Shown: positions 44,709 through 59,463 of the stretch, piece by piece | How positions within the stretch are numbered: position 1 is the first letter of the stretch | Layout of the letters: each line of letters starts with the position of its first letter | DNA from: Podarcis vaucheri | Lineage: Eukaryota | Assembly: GCA_965113315.1 (NCBI GenBank) | Contig: OZ220373.1 | Length of the DNA stretch: 64,000 nucleotides | Strand: one strand, 5' to 3' | Translations under genes and position numbers: made by a program | Notes under the pieces: model-generated | The model's database searches: none | Seen by the model: only the letters and a program-made list of their open reading frames with translations | What the model was told of the DNA's origin: nothing

Positions 44709-45205
44709 CAGAGGATTTCAATTTTTGGGGGTCCACGGCTCCCTTGACCAACTACATTCTTTTTGCAGCACCCCTGTGGGGCTCAGGAGCCCAGTTATGT
44801 CACCCCTTGCCTGCAGAGCTGGTAGCCCCTCACCTTTTTCGAACGCCCTCCCTTGTGGAGTGTGCCTTCACCCTCCTCTCCTGTCCTTGGGAGTGCTTTG
44901 GGCAGCTACTGTCGCTGTCCCTGGTCTCTGAGCTGCCTCCCCTGCCCCAAAGAGAGGTGCCTCCCACTGCTCCACAGGGGCCTGGGAAGCACCCCCTGGC
45001 TAGCCCCAGAGCCACCATTTTTCTGGAGAGCCGGAGAGCCAGGGCTGCTGGAACAAACAGCTGTGCAAGCCTTTTGGAGGCAGAGACATGAGAGGGCATC
45101 AGAGGAGGGAAGGAAAGAGGGACAGAGGCCAGTGTTGCCCACAGCACCCCTGACCATCATTCAAGGCACCCCAGGGTGCCACGGCACACTGGTTGGAAAC
45201 CACTT
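44709..45205. mobile_element. Degenerate hAT non-autonomous element
   Basis: Right end GTGCCACGGCACACTGGTTGGAAACCACT; left end degenerate. Confidence 0.55.
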
Positions 45206-45421
45206 TTTTATTTATAAACATCCCTGTTTTTTATAGACTGGCATATAGCACTCAGTTTTCTGTTTAAAGGGTCCACATTTAGGAAGGTATTAAACTAAGC
45301 TTTACTCAGAACAGACCTGTTGAATTTCATGGCACTAGTTTAATCATGGGCTACTTTGAGTAAAACTTAGCTGACTGCCACCCCTAATTATTTAAGTGTA
45401 ATTGCAAAAATAAATGACAGC

Positions 45422-46178
45422 TGTCAGAGCTGCTTCCAGATCCTAGCTCACAGAGGATCACGCTAGCCAGCAATCACTTTGTAAAAGTCTTTATTGAGTT
45501 ACAGTTTCCATTCTCCAGCTGCTGCGTGCAACTCTACGTCTTATGGGTTAGACCAGCGAAGCTCCGTCTGAGTCTCCGCCCCCTGTACACCAGCTAAGTA
45601 CCCTAGCCTTACTCCACCTTTTCCGCCTGACCGTTCTTCTCTGGGTCCCTCTGCCCCCCGTGGTCTCTTCCTTTCTGGACGCTTCTGACGCTGACCCCCC
45701 GGACCCTTCTGTCTCCTTGCGTCGGGCTTTAGGACCTGGCTCCCTTTCCGGGCTGCTTACTGCACCACCTTCCTGTGTATTTGAACTTGGCGCGCGCGCC
45801 CAACCTTCCACTTGCCGCCTGACCGTTTCCTCGCTCCCTGATGGAGGTGTGGCCACTCCTGACTCATGCCCTCCCTCCTGCTGCGAGCTGCCAGAGCTCG
45901 GTACCTGGCGCCCTTCCTCTCCACTGCGTTCTGTTGGTGATGCTGGCCCCGATTTCCAACTGCTGCTCTCTGAGCCCCCTCTGGACCCTTCTTCCTGGGG
46001 TGTCCCCCTAAGCTTCCCCCTTGCTCTGGCCACTGGCGCTCCTTCCTGTGAATCTTCTGATTCACTGGAAAGACTCGGAGATCTCGGGTCGTCCTCATCA
46101 CTCATCTTTTCTTCTGCCTCCTCCCCCTCGCTCTCTGTTTCCTCCCTTGCCCTCGCCTCTGCTCCTGAACCCCTGACA
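45422..46178 (-). mobile_element. Solo LTR (Gypsy- or ERV-type), 757 bp, antisense in ARK2N intron 1
   Basis: TGTCAG...CTGACA inverted ends, perfect 5-bp TSD ACAGC, AATAAA on the - strand at 45490-45495. Confidence 0.85.
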
Positions 46179-49100
46179 ACAGCGTTTAGGATTTCTTCCC
46201 TTCTTGTCTTTGGATAGTGTTCAGTGTAGGGGAATAGGCAAAGTGGTTGATTTGGATATACCAGACCCAATTTCAGTTGTTTGCTATGTCATTAATTTCA
46301 CTGGCGCCATTAGCTACCTCATAGCCAAGCGTACCTCAAGTGGTTGTGAAGATAATGAAAATTCTAGCTGTGCCACCTTGAGCTGAAAGAAAAGTGGGAT
46401 AGATTTGTAACAAATTTGGGTGTAGGAAGAGTTAATGAACTTTCAGTTTTGGGTCCCCCCCCCCCATATAGCAAACAGTAAAAAAAACACAACAACCACA
46501 AAGCAAGTGTGACAAGTCTTTGTGCAAAACTATAAAGTTGAAGGAATTAATGGAAACCTGCATTAAATGAATGGGTAAAAAATGGGGGGGGGGATTGACA
46601 AATTTGCAGTACAGCGGCATTTGTGAATTGGCAGCTTTCACTCTTACCGGTGCTGATTCCTGTGCTTTCCTGAAATGTCTAAATCAAGGGTGGTAACTGG
46701 GGTAACAGCTGGCAGAGGAACAGTTAAGCAACCCCCTCCCTTTCCCCCCAAGTCGGCTCCCCTGTGGATGCCTTCCTCCACTTTGCACATCAGCAGCAAA
46801 CACAGGATTGGGAATCCTGCAGTTACCACCAAACCTCTAGTTTAACAGAGCTTAATCAATAATATGCTTTTTCACCCATGCAACCCAACCCTGTGCATGC
46901 TTATGCAAGAGTAAGTCACAGAGTTCAGTGGGACTTTCCCTTTGAATAACTGTATTTGGCTTAAGAGTTCAGCCCTAGAAAGGAAAGATAGTTGAAGTTG
47001 GGGTTGTTTTTTTTAAAAAAGGTTCATCTCCACTTCAGCAACCCCTCTGCCCACTTCAATTTAAGATAGAGCTTTAGTATTGCTCTTTAGGGCTTAGATA
47101 AAACTAAGAATTAGAGTTGCTTGACTCCGTGGGTATCACTGCTATGAAATATCATCCCCAAGTATATTTATAGTATGCTTTCAAAAGTGAACTAACGAAA
47201 CCAGGTGATAAAAAAAACGTGCTAATGTCACTACTTATCTATATTATTTATATTAGTATGGCTTCTTTTAAAGAGTTCCACTACAGAAGCGCTATTTTTA
47301 ATAGAATTATTCTCCGTGGTGACGATGAGCTTCTGCTACAAATGTGATAGCAATAAATACCTAGCACCGTAAACATTGTCTGTCTTAGAAGCAATCCAAG
47401 ATACAATTTATTTTGGGATTAATAAATAAGATGATGCCTCTCATATCTGTTCCAGCATAAACAGAGTCACTATGCTAGCTTTAAGGTTTAGATTGTGAAT
47501 TTACAATACACATTTTCCTACGTCAGATACAGACTGCAGCCTACCATTATAATCAAAAACTTCTAGACAATCTGTTGTATTCAGTAACTTGTTTTCAGGC
47601 ATGTCTTCTAAAGATTAGTATGGCTTTCCTTTTTGAGAGGAAGTGGTCAAGTACGGTGAATCCCCACATGTGTTTCTGTCTATTGTCATTTGCATTTGTT
47701 GCTTTGTAGATACTGTGACTTTGGCTCGGTCCAATGTATTGTTTGAAATAGGAAAGATTTTCTTTAAAATCTTTCTTTACATTGAAAAAATGTTGCAGAC
47801 CGCTTTGTCTTGAAGTCAAGGTTAGCTGCCTTTAAGGTCTGTATAAGAGTTACCAGTATGTGTCAGTGGAAAGCTTGTGTGCTTCTTAATTTGATTGTCT
47901 CAGAATAACATGACAAAGACACTCTTATCAATTTTATTATACTAGCTCAGCAACAATAATCAAACTGATCTCCATAGAAATGTTGTTTTGTAATATTAAA
48001 AAATACATACTGAAATTGTAAGTGGTGCAATTTGGGTATTTCTTTACAAAACATCTAAACTTCAGGGAACCTATTAATTCAAGATGTTACAGCAGGACTC
48101 GTTCTTGCACAATTGCAGTTGTTGCCCAAAGCATACAGAAATGAAGTAATATGTGTGAATTTATTTTATAGCATTTGTGTTTCACCTTTCCTCCAAGGAG
48201 CACAGGGCAACATGCATAGGGTAATCTCGTATCACAGCATCTCAGTCCATATTGGTGATCTATGTCATTTCAGCCTGTAGCAGTAAATTAGGCTGAAAGC
48301 TAGTGTCTTGCCCAGAGTCACCCACTGAACTTCATGGTTGAGTTTGCACATGGGCCTTCCTGATCTAATTCCCAGCACACTGGGCCCCATTTAAGTTGCA
48401 TGTTGAATTAAATGTCTATTTCCAAGGTTATTTGACTTTCCCTTTCTTAAAGGTTCGTTGCTAGTTGCCATACACACTCCTAACTCAGGGATTTTTTAGG
48501 TGATGTTATCTACAGAGTTCTTTATCCAGGTCTGTGGTTAATTCTAATTTATGTAAAATGCTTGCATAAATCTCACCAGTTTTCAATCCAAATTTTAGTG
48601 ACCCAAAAGATAGAAAGCTTGTCTTTCCTCAGATGTTAGGGCCCTGAAGGTTTTTTTATTTTTATTTCCAGCGCAGCATCTTTTAGATTTTAGTTGATTT
48701 TCCTTTACTTACTGTGATAAGAAAAATCAAGGCAAGAGCCTCTGAGACATCTGTTTCTAAATGCTTACAAGCTTCTAATATGGAGGCTTACAAAGTAACC
48801 AGGGCCCCCTTTGCAGAAAATGTATTAGCCCCCTTTGGCATTTTTATTTGTTTGTTCCAACCAAGCAGTCTGTTCTTACCTGGCTGTGTTTCAAATGTAT
48901 TCTTCCCAATTTTGTGTGTGTGTACTGCTTTGATACTACCCAGTTTGAAATGGCATTGTCTTGGGTGCTAGTGCAGCCGTCCTTCGTTGGAACAAAAAGT
49001 GCATATTTCTCTATACTTTACTGATGGGAAGAGATAAGTGTATTTGTTTTGGAAGACTTTCGTCTTGTTTTGTATCTGGGACTTACGTAATGGCTTTACC

Positions 49101-52100
49101 AGATGACTGACTGTGGGCTTGTAATTGAGTTTCATTTTATTTTATTAATGTTTTGCCAGTCCAGGGGGAAAGGGGTGGATGGGCAGTATAGTCTATGTTT
49201 TATGGGTGGAGAGACGATCATTGTTGTTACTGAAGGGTTGCTTTATGATACTGTTATTGTTCAAGTTCAAATAGTGAAGGTTAGTGTTATAGGAAGCTCT
49301 GAAATAACTCCTGGAGCCTGGTCCTAAGGAGTCCATCTGAGAAAATGATTTGGTATTTTCTGCCTCATACTGGTCAGAGGGGAAAAGTACCCAGTATAGT
49401 GTGGCACCTGCAGTAATTGCAGGAGGACAACTTTGCAGGTAAGAGCCTAAGTTGACCATTTCCTCAGTGTTCGAAAGTGGTCAGAATTATCCATGTTTTG
49501 GATAGTAAGTGGCCTGAAACCTGAACCAAGGAACTTTGGCTGAATCTACTGTGTTGTCTCAAACAGCTAAGAAATCTGTTCTTGCTTCTACAAACATCTT
49601 TTAGTTTTACGAGACTATGGAATTATAGAATGCAGTGGTGATACTTGTTTACATTTAGCAGGACTTCAGCAAAGTCTTGACAGTTCAGTTTCAGTGAGGA
49701 TTTTAAAATCACCTGTCAGTTTTCAATCCACCCCCTTGATTTGCCAGTTTTGCCTAGCTTTTTCAATAATGTGTTCCCAGGAATAGCAGAGCCTGTGCTA
49801 TAGGAAGAATTATTAAAGTCTCTGTTTTAATGTAGCCAGTGTGATGAAAGGGGAAAGGGTATGGTTTTTCGTGTGTTGTTTGAGAACAGAGTTTAATGCA
49901 AGTCAGCTCAATGCAGTCACCTCCATTAACTGCTGAAATTCAAAATGTCAGTTCTTTGAGGATGTTTAAGGCCATGGGGTTGAACTAGATCTTCTGTTTA
50001 CATGAAGGACTTCTCTCACTTTTGATGGCAGTTGATGAGTGCTTAATGCTGCGCCATAGAATAAAAGCTGTAACTTTAAAAGTCTCCAATAGAAATTGTA
50101 GAAACACCGTGCAGTATGATTAAAGACACCTTTAAAAAAATCTGTAGCCTGAAGAAACATCATGCATCACCTGTTGAATTGCTTATACAATTGTTCTTTG
50201 GACAAAATGCACCAACTGGTTTTGATCTTTCAGCACTCTACAAATTAAACTTGATTTAGAATTTTGAATTCAGGGATGTCCAGTTTTGAAAATAAACCTT
50301 GACTAGGTACTAGGCCACTGTTAGTGAAATTGTTATATCAGCTCAGTGATAAGGGTAAACAGTGCTGAACCCTCTGAACTTTTAAAAATAGACTTTGAAG
50401 GTGTAATTTCTACTTCATTCACCTCATTGACTGTAACCCTTACCCTAATGGTGAGCATGTTTGGAATTATGTGACAGATTTTTTTCTTGTATCGTATTAT
50501 CAAATTTCAGGTTTTTTTAAAAAAAGGAAAGGATAGATTTTAACAAGATCATGAGAACTGAAGCCAGAAATAAGCCTTCAGAGAGAGCCTGTGGCCCTCT
50601 AGGTTTTGCTGGCTGATAACTCCCAGCATTCCTGATCATTTGCCATGCTATCTGGGACTAATGGGAGTCGTAGTCCAAGAACAATGGAGAGCCACAGGTT
50701 CTGCATCCATGACATGGGTTATATTTGGCTTGATTCTGTAATCCCATTGCTCTGGGTGGAATTCAACAATGCGCTATGTTGAATGCTCTGTCTGAGCAAG
50801 CTTACCAGATGGAGTAATCCCTCTCCATGCACTGTTCCAGGAGGTTTCCAAAGCCAGTTTTGGAGTGGGCATGGGGAGGAAAGGAGGGAAAACCTAATTG
50901 TGTAAGTAGAAGCCCTTACACAGGGCTTCTCTCGGGACTGATGAATCCCACCCTCTGTTAGGTTGCTTTCTGTGGTTTGCTGATCCGATGATCCTCCCTT
51001 CCTGGCCCGTATATCTTCTCCAATGGGGATTTAGAAGCCATCAAGATCATAACTGGAAACCAAAGAGAAATGACAGCTCCTTTTTTTTGCTTCAACAAAG
51101 GCTCAAAGATTAGAATATAATAAGAATGAGCACATTGATTCACCATTCAGTTATCAGTAGGTGCAGTAATTTTGTAACATGCAATGAAATGCACCAGTTG
51201 AATGACTACCAGTTTGACACTTGGTTTACGAAAGCAGTTTATTTTCCTGAATCATCAGGAAAAACTTGTACTATCTTAAAGGATGTATGTGTGAAAAAAC
51301 TGTGGAGCTGTTTATTCTTAACACACACAAAGGCCCTGAACTGACAACCTACAACTGCAAGACACATGCAGTTATTTGTAGTATCTTTATACTGACAGGC
51401 AAATGTTTACTTATTTTATATTGCATATATTTACGTAAGTGTTTACCTGTCAGTTAGTAGCGTTTCAGCTGTCAGAATTTCATGAGAATAATCCAGCACA
51501 AAGATACATAATTGCCCAATGCCATTCATTGAGACTTAACAGCATGCAGATAAAATCTTAATAGTTTACAGCAGAAGGATTAGTATCATCAGGTATTGCC
51601 CTGAGGTGAAAGCGTATGCCATGCAACCCTGCTGCCACTTCAACTTAACAAGTCAAATACAATATCGGTAGGATATGATATCTACTAGCTGTAACCTTGC
51701 AAATGATCTCTCCAAATCTATGAATGCTACTTGTTGGAAATATTGAGCAGAATTCCTAAAATGTTGATTGAGGTATTGATTCCAGGAATGTAGACAGAGA
51801 TGCTCAAATACCATTTTAGCAATATTTGGTGTCCTTAAAAGAGAACTGTTTCTTACCCCAGAGATCTTAATAGTTTAATTGTCTAGACACTGAAGTTGGG
51901 AGGGAGATGTCTTATGTTGCAATGCTAATATTTCAGAATTGTTCACGAGTTGGTTATTTGTAATACAGGAAATGCTTCATTTCATAGCTTCTGTAACAAA
52001 GGGCAAATAAATGCGCCTCCCTATCACTGCATTTTCCCTCTTGAAGCTGCGCTGCTTTTCCAGCCACAAAGTGGAATGTCTCCATTGCATTGGTGTGATG

Positions 52101-54700
52101 TACTACATAGAATGCTTAACTTGGGCCAGGGAGATATGATTGATTGATTTTGATATGTTTGTGTGGCACAGAACACCCCAAGTTGACACAGAAAAAATAA
52201 GGAGTTATCAATGGCCACTTGTGTTCTATGTGGTGATTCAAGGCTTAAATTCCACCCTAAATGACATTTATCAAACACAGATGTGTCAGCAGTTCCAAGA
52301 ACAGGATTCCTTTCTTGCTTACCTTCATCCTTATTTGTGTACCTCCTAAGCCCAAGGTAGATTGTCATATTGTGAGCTCTGTTGGATCAGTCTGATGGTT
52401 CAGCTAGTCTAGCATTTTGTTTCTGGGAGGTGTGCCGGCAAGATGTGAAGGCATTGACCCTCTCCTCCTGTATTGATCCCAGCATCTCTTACTCAGAGGT
52501 GTACATTCTGACATCCCATTTAGCTGTTATGGCTGATATCTGTTGATAGACTCTTTACTCCTTGATGCTAAGCAGTTGAATGGAAAAAACAAAACAAGAA
52601 GTACTATTTCACACTACAGACTCATAAGCAACTTACAATTTCACTGCCATGATATGTGGTAATGACCACAAGCTTAGATGGCTTCACATTAGAAATTAGA
52701 AATTCATCAAGAAGCGAAGGGGCTCCTGAGTTATTTTAAGAGGTCCCCCCCCCCATCCACTCTCTCCATGTTGTTTGTCATTTAAAAACAAAAAACCAAC
52801 AAATGTCCCCCTACATTTTTGTTTTTCTAGATTTAAAAACCCCCAGGAAATATTGTCAAGTCTTTCCACATGGGTAAAACTCTCCAGACTCTTGATTATT
52901 TTAATTACCCCTTTCCTCACCTTTTCCAGTTGTATGATCTCTTTTTTGAGATGAAATAACTAAAATTGCTCACTGTGTTGCAAATGCAGTTGCATCATAC
53001 CTTTTTTCCTCAGCCTGTATTGAGTGTTTGACTAGCTTGGCATAGTAGCTTGGGCTTTGAGCTTTTTATATTGTGCCCAAACCTTTTAGATTTTGATGGG
53101 CAACACCCTATGCCATGCCAATGGATGTGATGGAACTTCCTTTTCTCCTGTTTTCTCCATGTTTGGGAGCATCCCTCAACCCCCCAGTGCAGATTAGAGG
53201 GGTTGCAAGAGTGAGGAGAGGAAGAGTTAAGTCTGTTTTAGCAAGTGGAAATCGGTTGATCCGAATGTGGTGTCCCATTTACATTACTACCCTATGTTTC
53301 CACCTTCTTAAACTTTTATTAAATATGTTGTAGCTTTCAAAATGCACAGGATGTTCTACAGACAGTAATAAATATACTTCCCCTCCTCTTAGTGCTGGCT
53401 TGGGTATATTGTCTGCTGAGCACTAAATAGAAGCAGTCTGTTTTCTTAACCCTCATTTGTTTATGCAAAGCTTGCTGAAACAGTGCTCTAATTTCATCCT
53501 TTCATCTCTTGTTTCACTCATCATCTAGTTGGACAGAGTAGACCCCACTGCGTCTAGGGTGGCTGCTCAGGCTAATTTATTAATTGTCTGGTGAAGTGCC
53601 AGAGTAATTTCCCAGAGCCTTTGGTAGAATGGGGGCAAAACATTTCCTTCCATAAAAACTTGATTTCTAAACTTAGTCTTCCTTAAACTAAAAACTCGTG
53701 AATTATTTTTTTTTGAATGCGTGAAATGCTCTACTTGCACAGCATGTTCAGTGTGCCTTCTATAATAATCTTCAATCTACAGCATCAGAGAATTCTAATT
53801 GTAAGATATATGTAGCATAAGTAATAGATCTATTAAAATTATAAGGCATATGCAATATTATTAATAGATCTGTTAATACTATCTATTAATCCTGTGACTG
53901 GGACTGTTTTCTGCCCATTTGTTGTGCTTGTTAATGAACAATCAATCAATCAAGGCAGCTTACAACACAGAAAAAAATTACATTATTACAGACATAAGTA
54001 CTCATAAACAATAAATAAAACATCAAAAGGTACACAGCCAAATTGAACAATTTCCACATAAATCATAAGATCTAAGATAAAGATACAAAATAATAATAAT
54101 AATATCAGTAACAGTAACACCCCCCCCCCCAACAATACTGCAGCTCAATAATAGTCTGTTCAGCAACCTTAGCTTTTGAAGCTGGAGTCAGTTAGGGCAC
54201 CACCCTCCCAGGCCAGGTGAATAAAAAGACCTGCAAGGCCGGGAGCAGGTCTTCCAGGACTCATGGCCAAGATGAAGCATTGCTCTCTGAATTAGTTTTG
54301 TTTGCCTTCAATGACAACATATAGCTAAATGACATCAAATAAATAATGTTGATGAAGCAGTGATCAATGGGAAATGCAGATGGCAGTGAAGTGGTTAAGA
54401 TTCGGGTAGGTGGTTTGATTGGGGAACTCAACCTTCCAAAAGGTCGTCTTCCACACCAACTTGACTCAACCTTAGTTTTTGAAGAAAAGAGGCTAGCTTT
54501 TAGGTTTCTTTGTGTTGCAAATAATTTTAACTAGATATGAGCGAAAGTATATACCCAGGTGATTTTGCTAGAATCCTAGCTTTGCAGCTGTGGCTGTAAA
54601 GAAAATTGAGGAAGAAAATGTGATGGAAGTATAGAATGGAGTGGAGTGGAGATGCATCATTTTTGCTGCACCCCCCTTATTGCAGGGATAATAGAACCTA

Positions 54701-55440
54701 CCGTATTTTTCACCCTATAGGACGCACCGGCCCATAGGACGCACCTAGTTTTTTGGGGGGGAAATCAAGGGAAAATTTTTATTTCCCCCCCAGGTTTGCA
54801 CAGCCATCCACAAGCTAGAAGAGGGAGACGGAGTGCTAGGTCTCCCCCTTCTGCCTTCAGGGACAGCCTCCCTAGCCTCTGCGGGGCAGCGCAACCATCC
54901 CCAAGCTAGAAGAGAGAGACGAGCGCTCCGTCTCCCTTTTCTGCCTTCAGGGACAGCTTGCCCCGCTGTCCCCGGAGTTTGTGGGGCTGGCGGGGGGAGA
55001 AGCAAGCTTGCTTCTCCCCCCCCAAGCCTCCAGATCAGGTCGGGGAATAGCGGGGTGGCGGCGCTCCGCCACCCCACTATCCCCCGAGCTTGTGGGGCTG
55101 GCGGGGGGGGGGAGAAGCAGGCTTGTTTCTCCCCCCCCCGCCAGCCTCCAGATCAGGTCGGGGAATAGCGGGGTGGCGGCGCTGCGCCTCCCCGCTGTCC
55201 CCCAGCTTTTGGGCTGCAGGCTGCTGCCCGCAAGCCTTGCGAGCCCGCGGGACATCCCACCGGGCTTGCAAGACTTGCGGATAGCTTCCTGAAGCCTGGA
55301 GAGCGAGAGGGGTCATGCGCACCGACCCCTCTCGCTCTCCAGGCTTCAGCGAAAGCCTGCATTCGCCCCATAGGACGCACACACATTTCCCCTTCATTTT
55401 TGGAGGGAAAAAAGTGTGTCCTATAGGGCGTAAAATACGG
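54701..55440. mobile_element. TcMar-Tc2-like element with internal tandem duplications
   Basis: CCGTATTTT...AAAATACGG, TA TSD; ~115-bp unit repeated (about 54969-55198) and ~60-bp unit repeated (about 54808 and 54899). Confidence 0.85.
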
Positions 55441-56296
55441 TATGTCCTTCCAGATGTGGTTGAATTCCAGTTCCTCCCATCACTCTTAGCCAACATGGCC
55501 AGTAGTTGGGGATGAGCAAAATTATAAGGATATGGACCACTGGACAACTGTTCAGCATGGTGAAATAATTATTTGCAGGAAGGTACTCTTTAATTTCCTC
55601 AGGATTGGGGGGGGGACCCCACACACATAACCTACCCTACTTGAACTAGTCATATCCTTACCATTTTTGCTGTTCAGCATCAAGTAATGCAGATGTAGCT
55701 TGTCATCAAAACTCAGTGAAGCCTACTTGGAGAAGCTTGACAAGAAAACTCTTCTTACAGCATTCCAATTCCAGCCCAGTACAGTACTTAAATTAGCACT
55801 CCTGTTGTAACTCTCAAAACATTTAGTAAGTGCTAGACTTCAACTGAAATGTCTGGTTTCCTTCAAAGTTATGACCTAAAAAACAACACTATGAGCCTTT
55901 TTACCAGCTTAAGCCTGCAGAAATACATTGAAAGAAAAATGAAGCCTTCGCTAACCATGGTCTGGTGCATCATTGTAATATATTTACATCTTGTTTGGAG
56001 TTAATTGTAGCCTTGCACAGGAGTTGACTGATTATCATCACGTGAGGTTGCTTGCTTTCGACCTTCCTCCGCCCAACATGTACATAGTGGGGTTTGTGAG
56101 AGAGGATGCAAGCACTGTCCTGTTCTTTCCTTCATGAGGAGTGAATGGCTTTATATGAGTGAGAATGTTGGTTTTACAGTCATAATGAAGCCTCTCAAAA
56201 TTGGATGATTATTATTTACTTCCCATGAGGCATATTGATGTGATTTACAATATTGCATGTTGCATTTAGAAAAACAATTAAAAACTCTTAATTATA

Positions 56297-56324
56297 CATC
56301 CATCCATCCATCCATCCATCCATC
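56297..56324. repeat. (ATCC)n microsatellite
   Basis: Seen directly. Confidence 0.9.
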
Positions 56325-59237
56325 CATAACATTAATTCAGATCCAGGACAAAAACCAACTGGGATAAAGATTGATGACAAATTACAGCAGTTGGTTTTAA
56401 TTTGGAACCCTATTAGACATCCACTCATATAGTGACCAGAAGGTAAGAGAATGTTATCTGAAAATAGCAAAGATAGGTCTCAATACAAAGTTCAGTGACC
56501 ACTGGTGTAAGAAAAATACATGGGTATGCCATTGTCTAAAGTTCATGCACTTGTCTTTTCTGCATTCAAGAATTTGGCTGGACACATGTGAAAAGGCTGA
56601 CTTTTGATTAAACACGTGCAGGGTTAAGTAGTGAATCTTGCAAAATTTCAGTCTGTGGTTGGTTACTGATGTGTCAGCAAAGAGAGCTGGTCAGGCAGGC
56701 ATTTACCACTGTCCCTTGTTAAATAAAATGACTAGACTTAAAAAAATATGGAGTGCTTTCCCTCATGTTTAAATGTACAAACGGTTGTTGTAATTGCAAT
56801 TGTAATTCTAATGCAGCATACTCATAACCCAGAGAGAAGGTTAACTGTCGGCTTATGAGTAAGGAAAATGCATTTGTGTTCCTGCGCAATGTACAGGCTA
56901 TGCAAAGGAGATAATCTTTAGGAGTATTGGCCATGCTTGTGGATATATACATACAGATAGGGAATTCTATATAAGGAGAAGAACCTACTAATTCGATTTC
57001 ACCTTTCTTGAAAACTTGTTGAATGATAAGAACCTGCTAAACTTTTGCTGGTTTTGTTTGTTTGTTTGTTTCGCTGCGTTTAAAAAAAAGTTTTTTTACA
57101 TGTGAGTTTTTGTTTGCTTTTGTAGTGAGTTTGGTGGTCAAAAACAGCCAGAATGACAACTTTGGGCACTCAAGTCTTCTGTCCACAGAACAGGTACAGC
57201 AGTGACAGCAGTAGCTGAAGGGTGAGTCCTTATCTTATACTCTTCATGTACAACAGCTCTTTTCATCATCTGAGCATGAGAAATAACAAGACAATCCATA
57301 ATGTATCAATTTTATTAACTGTCATAGATAAGAGGCAGTTATCGCATCAAATAACTACGCAGCAAAAAACTGAGCTTGTAAGTGGTAATTTCTCTCCTAT
57401 TGCATATTAACTGATAGATTGGATGGGTTGTATCCACATTGATACTCACAGTCATACTCAGAGTAGACCCACTGAAAGTAATGGACATAAGTAACTTAGG
57501 TATGTTTATTCATATGGCTCTACTCAGAGTAGAACATTGTTAACTACAACTCCATGAGTGCGAATTTAGCCTGAGGCAACTGCTGCTTTGGTAGCCACTA
57601 GAAACAGAAGTTGCTAAATTAACTACCCACTCTCAAGTAGTTGAACTCTTCTGTGTGTTCTTTGACTAAATATTGTATAGAATCTTTTAAACTGTCTTAG
57701 CTTATTTATGTCTGTCCAGTGTATGTGTTTTGCTGTAATTCATTGGTACAGCATGTGTTTTGCATGCAGCAGGTCAGAGTTCAAGAGCTGGGGAAATATA
57801 TCTGAAGCATTAAAAAGCGTTAAAAAGCTAACGTCAGTCAGGGCAGACCATGGGTCAGAAAACCTCAGGCCAAGGGCCTGAAGTTTATTTGTGGAGAACC
57901 TTCTGTGGGCTGCATGCAGTGGCAGGTGTTACCAGAGGCAAAATGGGTAGAGTAGTGGCTGTGACTTGCTATTTTTGCATTCCAGCCTTGCAAAAGTCAT
58001 GGGTTTTACACTTGCACGCAACTCTCTATCCTCCACTTAGGCTCCAGATGTGTGGGATTGTGACATGTCACATGTCTTTGTTTACATTCTAGCACTGATT
58101 GCTGGAGTCTTGTGAGCAGAAATTGAGATACGCTGTTCCGTTCTGTGTAGCTATCGCTTTTGCAGTTCTCTCTCCGAGGAAGAAAGACGCAGAGAGAAGC
58201 CATATTTTCTTTGTTTTGTTACTTTGGATTTTGTGCGCAATAAATTAGGGTTAGATGTTACACCTCAAGGCTCAGTTTCTGTTTGGACTCTGCTAGTCAT
58301 GTGCTCATGTCCTTGGAGATGGGTCACATCAGCCTGGAGTGATGATGGGCAACGCTGCGTTGTAGGGAGGCACTGGCCTTGGCGTTATCACCCAAAAACA
58401 TAGTCACAGTTCAAGCACACAGTCCACTCAGGCAAAAACAATTTAGGAGGATGCAGAACAGGGGGGGGGGGTCAGGAGTGTGTGGCCTGAGAGATTCCTG
58501 GAGTACCTCATTTGAACCCTGGGCCAGAGGTTTCTCCAACCAGTACAGACAATACTGACCTAGTTAAATCAGTGGTCTGACTTTATATAAGGCACATTCC
58601 AGGGTTCCTAAATAAGCCGGAAACAGCTAGAGGTCAGAATGTTGCATTGAAGAGAAAAAATGCTTAGATAAGCATTTATTTCTTTTATAAAATGTATTTA
58701 TTTCATCAAATCTGTTTTAGATAAACATGAAGCATAAGATTCCTTTTCATAAAGGGTGTGGATGCTGGGCTAATGAATTCCTAAATATACTACTCTCTAT
58801 TAACCGGAGCTTGAATTAAAAAGATAACATTGTGGCTGAATTTTTTCAGGGATAGAAATAAACGTTTTCTCGTATTCAGTTGCCTCTTCTTATACTGTTT
58901 CCTCTGCCACATCTCACAAGTTTATCTGGGTCAGTCTAGGCCAGTACTTGTAAACGAGACCTTAAAGAAGAACCTGAATGTTGCATGAAGTAATGATATC
59001 AGTGCACCGTGAGCGGCACGTTTACTTCTAAGCAAGTACTTAGCTTGTCTTCTTGTATAGTAAGCCAGCAGCATACTTCTGTTTATAAATGAGAAGTCTG
59101 AAGAACATGGCCCTTAATACTTTTTATAGTTAATGGTTAAGTAAATACTGAAAGTTATTTTTGTTTCATATTCTCTCTATATTTCTCTTTCACTCTGTGA
59201 TGAAGTGATCCTTTCCATGTAGCTAGTTTTAGAAATA

Positions 59238-59463
59238 CAGTGGTACCTCTGGTTACGTACTTAATTCGTTCCGGAGGTCTGTTCTTAACTTTAAACTGTT
59301 CATAACCTGAAGCACCACTTTAGCTAATGGGGCCTCCCGCTGCTGCTGTGCCGCCGCCGTGTGATTTCTTTTCTCATCCTGAAGCAAAGTTCTTAACCCG
59401 AGGTATTATTTCTAGGTTAGCGGAGTCTGTAACCTGAAGCGTATTTAACCCGAGGTACCACTG
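59238..59463. mobile_element. Main-family MITE
   Basis: TIRs, TA TSD. Confidence 0.88.

Noticed and set aside
54701-55440. CpG-rich patches as possible internal promoters (also 34351-34906)
   Set aside because: They coincide with TIR-bounded Tc2-like transposons.
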